A stretch of DNA of 20,000 nt from a bacterium (GTDB lineage: Bacteria; JADJOY01): assembly GCA_046331705.1 (NCBI GenBank), contig JAXLQJ010000038.1, positions 51,346-71,345 of the forward strand, in the 5' to 3' direction. Positions 16,309 to 20,000 of the stretch are shown here, piece after piece. The position numbers were made by a program, and so were the translations under genes. How positions within the stretch are numbered: the stretch's first letter is position 1; every line of letters starts with the position of its first letter. The notes beneath the pieces were generated by a model. It saw nothing but the letters and a program-made list of their open reading frames with translations. It searched no databases and was not told where the DNA came from.

Positions 16309-18219
16309 TCACGCGGGTCGAGCCTCGGGTGGGTTGGAATCGATCCACATGCGGAACCACAGCTCGAGCATCAGCATCGCCCACAGCCGGATGTGGTGCG
16401 AGTAGCGACCCGAGACGTGCTGGTCGATGGTCGCCTCGACCCAGCGTGGCCGGAACAGCCCGCGGCGCCGCGCCGTCGCGTCCAGCAGCACGTCGCGCGC
16501 CATCGGCTCGAGCTCGCGCCGGAACCAATGATCGATCGGCACTCCGAAACCCATCTTCGGCCGGTGCAACAGATCGTGGGGCAGGTGAGGCTCCATCGCC
16601 TCCTTGAGCAGCGACTTGAGGCCGCCGGCGAGCTTGTCGGCCACGGGAATGGTCGCGGCCCATTCCATCAACGCGTGATCGAGAAGCGGCGAGCGAGCCT
16701 CGAGCGAGTGCGCCATGCTCGCCACGTCGACCTTCACCAGCAGATCGTCCGGCAGGTACGTGTGGAGATCCGCCCACGAGGCGCCGCCCGTGAGCGAGGG
16801 CGCCGCGGCGAAGTAGGGATCGAGGAGCGCGAGCGTCGAGCGATCGAGCAGCGGTCGGAGCGAGTCCCCGTAGCTCGTGAGCTTGTCCTCGTCGCGGAAG
16901 TAGACGATCGAGGGCGCGTAGAGCTCGACCGGCGTCGCGGTCCAGGTCTTCAGCACCCGGCGTACGATCCGGACCACGGGAATCCGCGCCGTGAACGGCG
17001 GCACGAGGTGCACGAGGGCGCCCGCCAGACGGCGCAGCGGCACGCTCGGCGGGCCGGAGCGGTCGCGTTTCCAGCAGCGTTCGTAGCGCGGGTAGCCGAG
17101 GAAGCTCTCGTCGCCGCCGTCGCCGTTGAGCGCCACCGTCACGTGCCGGCGCGCCATCTGCGACACGTAGTAGGTCGGCACCGCGGACGAGTCGGCGAAC
17201 GGCTCGCCGTAATGCCAGACGAGCTTCGGCACCACGTCCACGGCGTCGGGCTCGACGATCATCTCCTCGTGCTCGGTGCCGTAGCGCTCGGCGACCCTTC
17301 GTGCCCAGCGGGTCTCGTCGTACTCGGCCTCGCGAAAGCCGATCGAGAACGTCTTCACCCGTCCGACGCCGGCTTGCGCCATCATCGCCACCACCGCCGA
17401 CGAATCGACGCCGCCCGAGAGGAACGCGCCGAGAGGCACGTCCGAGATCAGGCGCAGTCGCACCGCCTCGCGGAGCTGCTCGACGAGCTCCGCGATCAGC
17501 TCGGCCCGCGGCCGCGGGCGCGTGGAACGGGGGTCGGGGAGGGACCAATACGCGGCGAGCTTGGGCTCGCCGCGAGCTTCCAGCACGAGCGTGTGGGCCG
17601 GCGGCAGCTTGTGAATGCCCTCGAACGCCGTCCATGGCGACGGCACGTACTGGAGCGTGAGGTAGTGATGGATCGCTTCCAGGTTGGGGCGCCGTGGAAT
17701 CCCCGGAAAGGCGAGGATCGCCTTGATCTCCGACCCGAACACGAGGCAGCCGTCGTGCAGCGCGTAGTAGAGCGGCTTCTTGCCGACCCGGTCGCGCGCC
17801 AGGATCAGGCGCCGCTCGGCCGTGTCCCAGATCGCGATCGCGAACATGCCCCGAAGCCGCGAGAACACGTCGGCACCCCAGCGCCGGTAGCCCTGGACGA
17901 TCACTTCGGTGTCGGAGCGGCTCCGGAACGCGAATCCCTGCTCTTCGAGCTCGCGACGCAGCTCGAGGAAGTTGTAGATCTCGCCGTTGAAGACGATGTG
18001 GACGCGCCCATCCTCGCTGGCCATGGGCTGGTGCCCGGCCGGGCTCAGATCGATGATCGCGAGCCGCTGGTGGGCGAGCCCCGCGGTGCCGTCCGTCCAG
18101 ACGCCCGAATCGTCCGGGCCGCGGTGCCGCAACGTGGCGGACATCCGGCCGAGGGTCGCGGTCGCATCGTCCGTGTCCCGCCCGCCCGCGGGTCGTACGA
18201 ATCCGGCGATGCCGCACAT
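16309..18219 (-). CDS. asnB: Asparagine synthase (glutamine-hydrolysing)-like amidotransferase
   Basis: Starts MCGIAG (Ntn Cys). HRGPD, RLAIID, HQPM, FNGEIYN, SDTEV, RDRVGKKPLYY, FLSGGVDSS, GDGGDE, KVDVASMAHSLEARSPLLD, RPKMGF. Confidence 0.95.
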   Translation of the reverse strand: MCGIAGFVRPAGGRDTDDATATLGRMSATLRHRGPDDSGVWTDGTAGLAHQRLAIIDLSPAGHQPMASEDGRVHIVFNGEIYNFLELRRELEEQGFAFRSRSDTEVIVQGYRRWGADVFSRLRGMFAIAIWDTAERRLILARDRVGKKPLYYALHDGCLVFGSEIKAILAFPGIPRRPNLEAIHHYLTLQYVPSPWTAFEGIHKLPPAHTLVLEARGEPKLAAYWSLPDPRSTRPRPRAELIAELVEQLREAVRLRLISDVPLGAFLSGGVDSSAVVAMMAQAGVGRVKTFSIGFREAEYDETRWARRVAERYGTEHEEMIVEPDAVDVVPKLVWHYGEPFADSSAVPTYYVSQMARRHVTVALNGDGGDESFLGYPRYERCWKRDRSGPPSVPLRRLAGALVHLVPPFTARIPVVRIVRRVLKTWTATPVELYAPSIVYFRDEDKLTSYGDSLRPLLDRSTLALLDPYFAAAPSLTGGASWADLHTYLPDDLLVKVDVASMAHSLEARSPLLDHALMEWAATIPVADKLAGGLKSLLKEAMEPHLPHDLLHRPKMGFGVPIDHWFRRELEPMARDVLLDATARRRGLFRPRWVEATIDQHVSGRYSHHIRLWAMLMLELWFRMWIDSNPPEARPA

Positions 18220-18488
18220 GGATCGAGAGGGATCGCGAGTCAGCCGCGGCGGGACCCTGGGGCACGGCATCGCTCCATGCGCGGTGCTCGCGCGAGCGGG
18301 CCGATCGGGTCGGGCGGGATGATCCTTCCTAGTTGATCGAGGAGTGGTTGTCGAGGTCGAAGATCGAGGGAGTGGAGGCGAGCGTCTCGACGGCGCTCGC
18401 GAGCGCCGGCGCGCCGCGAGCCGAGTGAGCCCGCGCGGGACGGGCTCGCGGGCGGTGTGGTATTCCGTGCGCGCTCGCGAGCATCCGG

Positions 18489-19334
18489 ATGAGAGCCGAC
18501 TCGACGACCCCACCTTCGATTCTCATCGCTCCGGAATCGCGCGATCGCCGAGTCGATCTGCGCGAGCTCTGGCAGCATCGCGGCTTGCTGGTGCTGCTCG
18601 CCGGACGCGATCTGCGCGTCCGTTACAAGCAGGCCGTGTTCGGTGCGGGCTGGGCGGTGATGCAGCCCTTCACCACCATGGTGCTCTTCTCCGTGCTCTT
18701 TCATCGGATGGGGCGCTTTCCCGCGACGGGAAACGTCCCGTACCCGGTGCTCGCGTTCTGCGGGTTGGTGCCGTGGACGTTCTTCGCGAACGCACTCGGC
18801 CAAGCGAGCCTGAGCCTCGTGGCGAACCCCGAGCTCGTGACCAAGGTCTACTTCCCGCGCGAGCTGATCCCGATGGCGCCGGTGATCACCGCGGCGGTGG
18901 ACTTCTGCGTGGCGTTCGTGGTGCTGCTGGGGATGATGCTCTGGTTCCACGTCGAGGTGCCCGCGTCGGCGTTCGCCGTGGCGCCGCTGCTCGTCTTCGT
19001 CGCGCTCACCGTGATGGCGCTCTCGTTGTGGTCGTCGGCGCTCACGCTGCTCTACAGGGACCTGCGCTTCATCGTGCCGTTCCTGATCCAGATCGGCTTC
19101 ATGGTGACACCGGTGATCTGGGAGACCGGCAAGCTCGTCCCCGAGCGCTGGCACCTCGTGGCTGCGCTCAACCCGATGGCGACGGCGATCGACGGGTTCC
19201 GCTGGGCGATGCTCGGCTCGGCGCCGGTCCGGCTCTCGGACATCGTGGTCTCCGTTGCCGTCACCGCTGCGCTGCTCGCGATGGGCCATCGCTTCTTCCG
19301 GCGCACCGAACGATCGTTCGCGGACCGGATCTGA
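18489..19334 (+). CDS. wzm: ABC-2 polysaccharide export permease (Wzm/RfbA)
   Basis: ELWQHRGLL...RDLRVRYKQAVFGAGWAVMQP, LVTKVYFPRE, YRDL, LNPM...IDGFR, FRRTERSFAD. Confidence 0.92.
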   Translation: MRADSTTPPSILIAPESRDRRVDLRELWQHRGLLVLLAGRDLRVRYKQAVFGAGWAVMQPFTTMVLFSVLFHRMGRFPATGNVPYPVLAFCGLVPWTFFANALGQASLSLVANPELVTKVYFPRELIPMAPVITAAVDFCVAFVVLLGMMLWFHVEVPASAFAVAPLLVFVALTVMALSLWSSALTLLYRDLRFIVPFLIQIGFMVTPVIWETGKLVPERWHLVAALNPMATAIDGFRWAMLGSAPVRLSDIVVSVAVTAALLAMGHRFFRRTERSFADRI

Positions 19335-19524
19335 TCGACCGTTCACCACACTGGATCGACTGCGCCGATCGAGCCGAAGCACGGCGTGCGCCGAAGCGCC
19401 CGGCGACGTGCCGCGCGCACTCCGCGGCGCGTCCCGCGGCGCGTAGCCAGTCATCGGGTCTCGCGGTAGCCTCGCGCGGCTTCGTCGCGTCCTGACGGCA
19501 GCGAGCCACCCATCCTCTCCGGGC

Positions 19525-20000
19525 ATGCCAAACGCGGCCATCGAAGTCGCCGATCTCGGCAAGTCGTACCGCCTCGGTGAGCATCGCGGTTTCGACCGTT
19601 TCGGCGACCAGCTCCTGAGCGTGTTGCGCGGCCGTATGCGCCGCTCGCGGCGGCGCAACGCCTCCACCGCGAACGAGCCTCGGGACGTCGATCGACCGTT
19701 CTGGGCGCTGCGCAACGTCGGCTTCGAGGTGGCCGACGGCGAGGTCCTGGGAGTCATCGGGCGCAACGGCTCGGGCAAGTCGACGCTCCTCAAGATCTTG
19801 GCGCGGATCACGGACCCGAGCGAAGGCTGGGCTCGAATCCGTGGCCGGGTCGGCTCGTTGCTCGAGGTCGGCACCGGCTTCCATCCCGACCTCACCGGAC
19901 GCGAGAACGTGTTCCTGAACGGCGCCGTGCTCGGGATGCGTCGCGACGAGGTGCGCCGCAAGTTCGACGAGATCGTGGCCTTCGCGGGAGTCGAGGCGTT
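19525..20000 (+). CDS. wzt: ABC polysaccharide export ATP-binding protein (Wzt/RfbB), 3' end cut by the window edge; absent from the ORF track
   Basis: Manual translation: MPNAAIEVADLGKSYRLG...FWALRNVGFEV...GVIGRNGSGKSTLLKIL (Walker A)...SLLEVGTGFHPDLTGRENVFLNG...KFDEIVAFAGV. Confidence 0.93.
   Translation, partial: MPNAAIEVADLGKSYRLGEHRGFDRFGDQLLSVLRGRMRRSRRRNASTANEPRDVDRPFWALRNVGFEVADGEVLGVIGRNGSGKSTLLKILARITDPSEGWARIRGRVGSLLEVGTGFHPDLTGRENVFLNGAVLGMRRDEVRRKFDEIVAFAGVEA

Noticed and set aside
18329-18526. 65-aa minus-strand ORF in the asnB/wzm divergent region
   Set aside because: It overlaps the wzm start and has no motif or clear RBS.
19461-19474. GCGGTAGC resembling an ops/JUMPstart element
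   Set aside because: Incomplete match to GGCGGTAGnnTG, in the wrong position (between wzm and wzt), and likely by chance in GC-rich DNA.
1-20000. CRISPR arrays, tRNA/rRNA, IS elements, integrases, defence systems
   Set aside because: I saw no regularly spaced repeats, RNA gene signatures, or transposase, recombinase or nuclease motifs.

Overview
High-GC bacterial DNA dominated by surface-glycan biosynthesis genes. Left block (+, 1-10795): the end of a probable glycoside hydrolase, an O-antigen ligase/Wzy-like membrane protein, one GT2 and two GT4 glycosyltransferases, two class I methyltransferases, an FAD oxidoreductase, a twitch/SPASM radical SAM enzyme and a sugar-phosphate nucleotidyltransferase. 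Middle: a DUF218-like gene (-) and an XRE-cupin (PuuR-like) regulator-speD-speE polyamine operon (+). This operon has a clear AT-rich palindromic operator, a candidate switchable RNA leader before speD and a strong hairpin between speD and speE. Right: an AsnB-cupin-DegT-methyltransferase amino-sugar module (-) diverging from a Wzm/Wzt ABC exporter (+, wzt cut by the window edge). I saw no rRNA, tRNA, CRISPR array or mobile element. The best leads are the speD leader with its operator/regulator, and a BtrN-like radical SAM enzyme inside a glycosyltransferase cluster. All family calls come from recognising motifs by eye, not from database searches.
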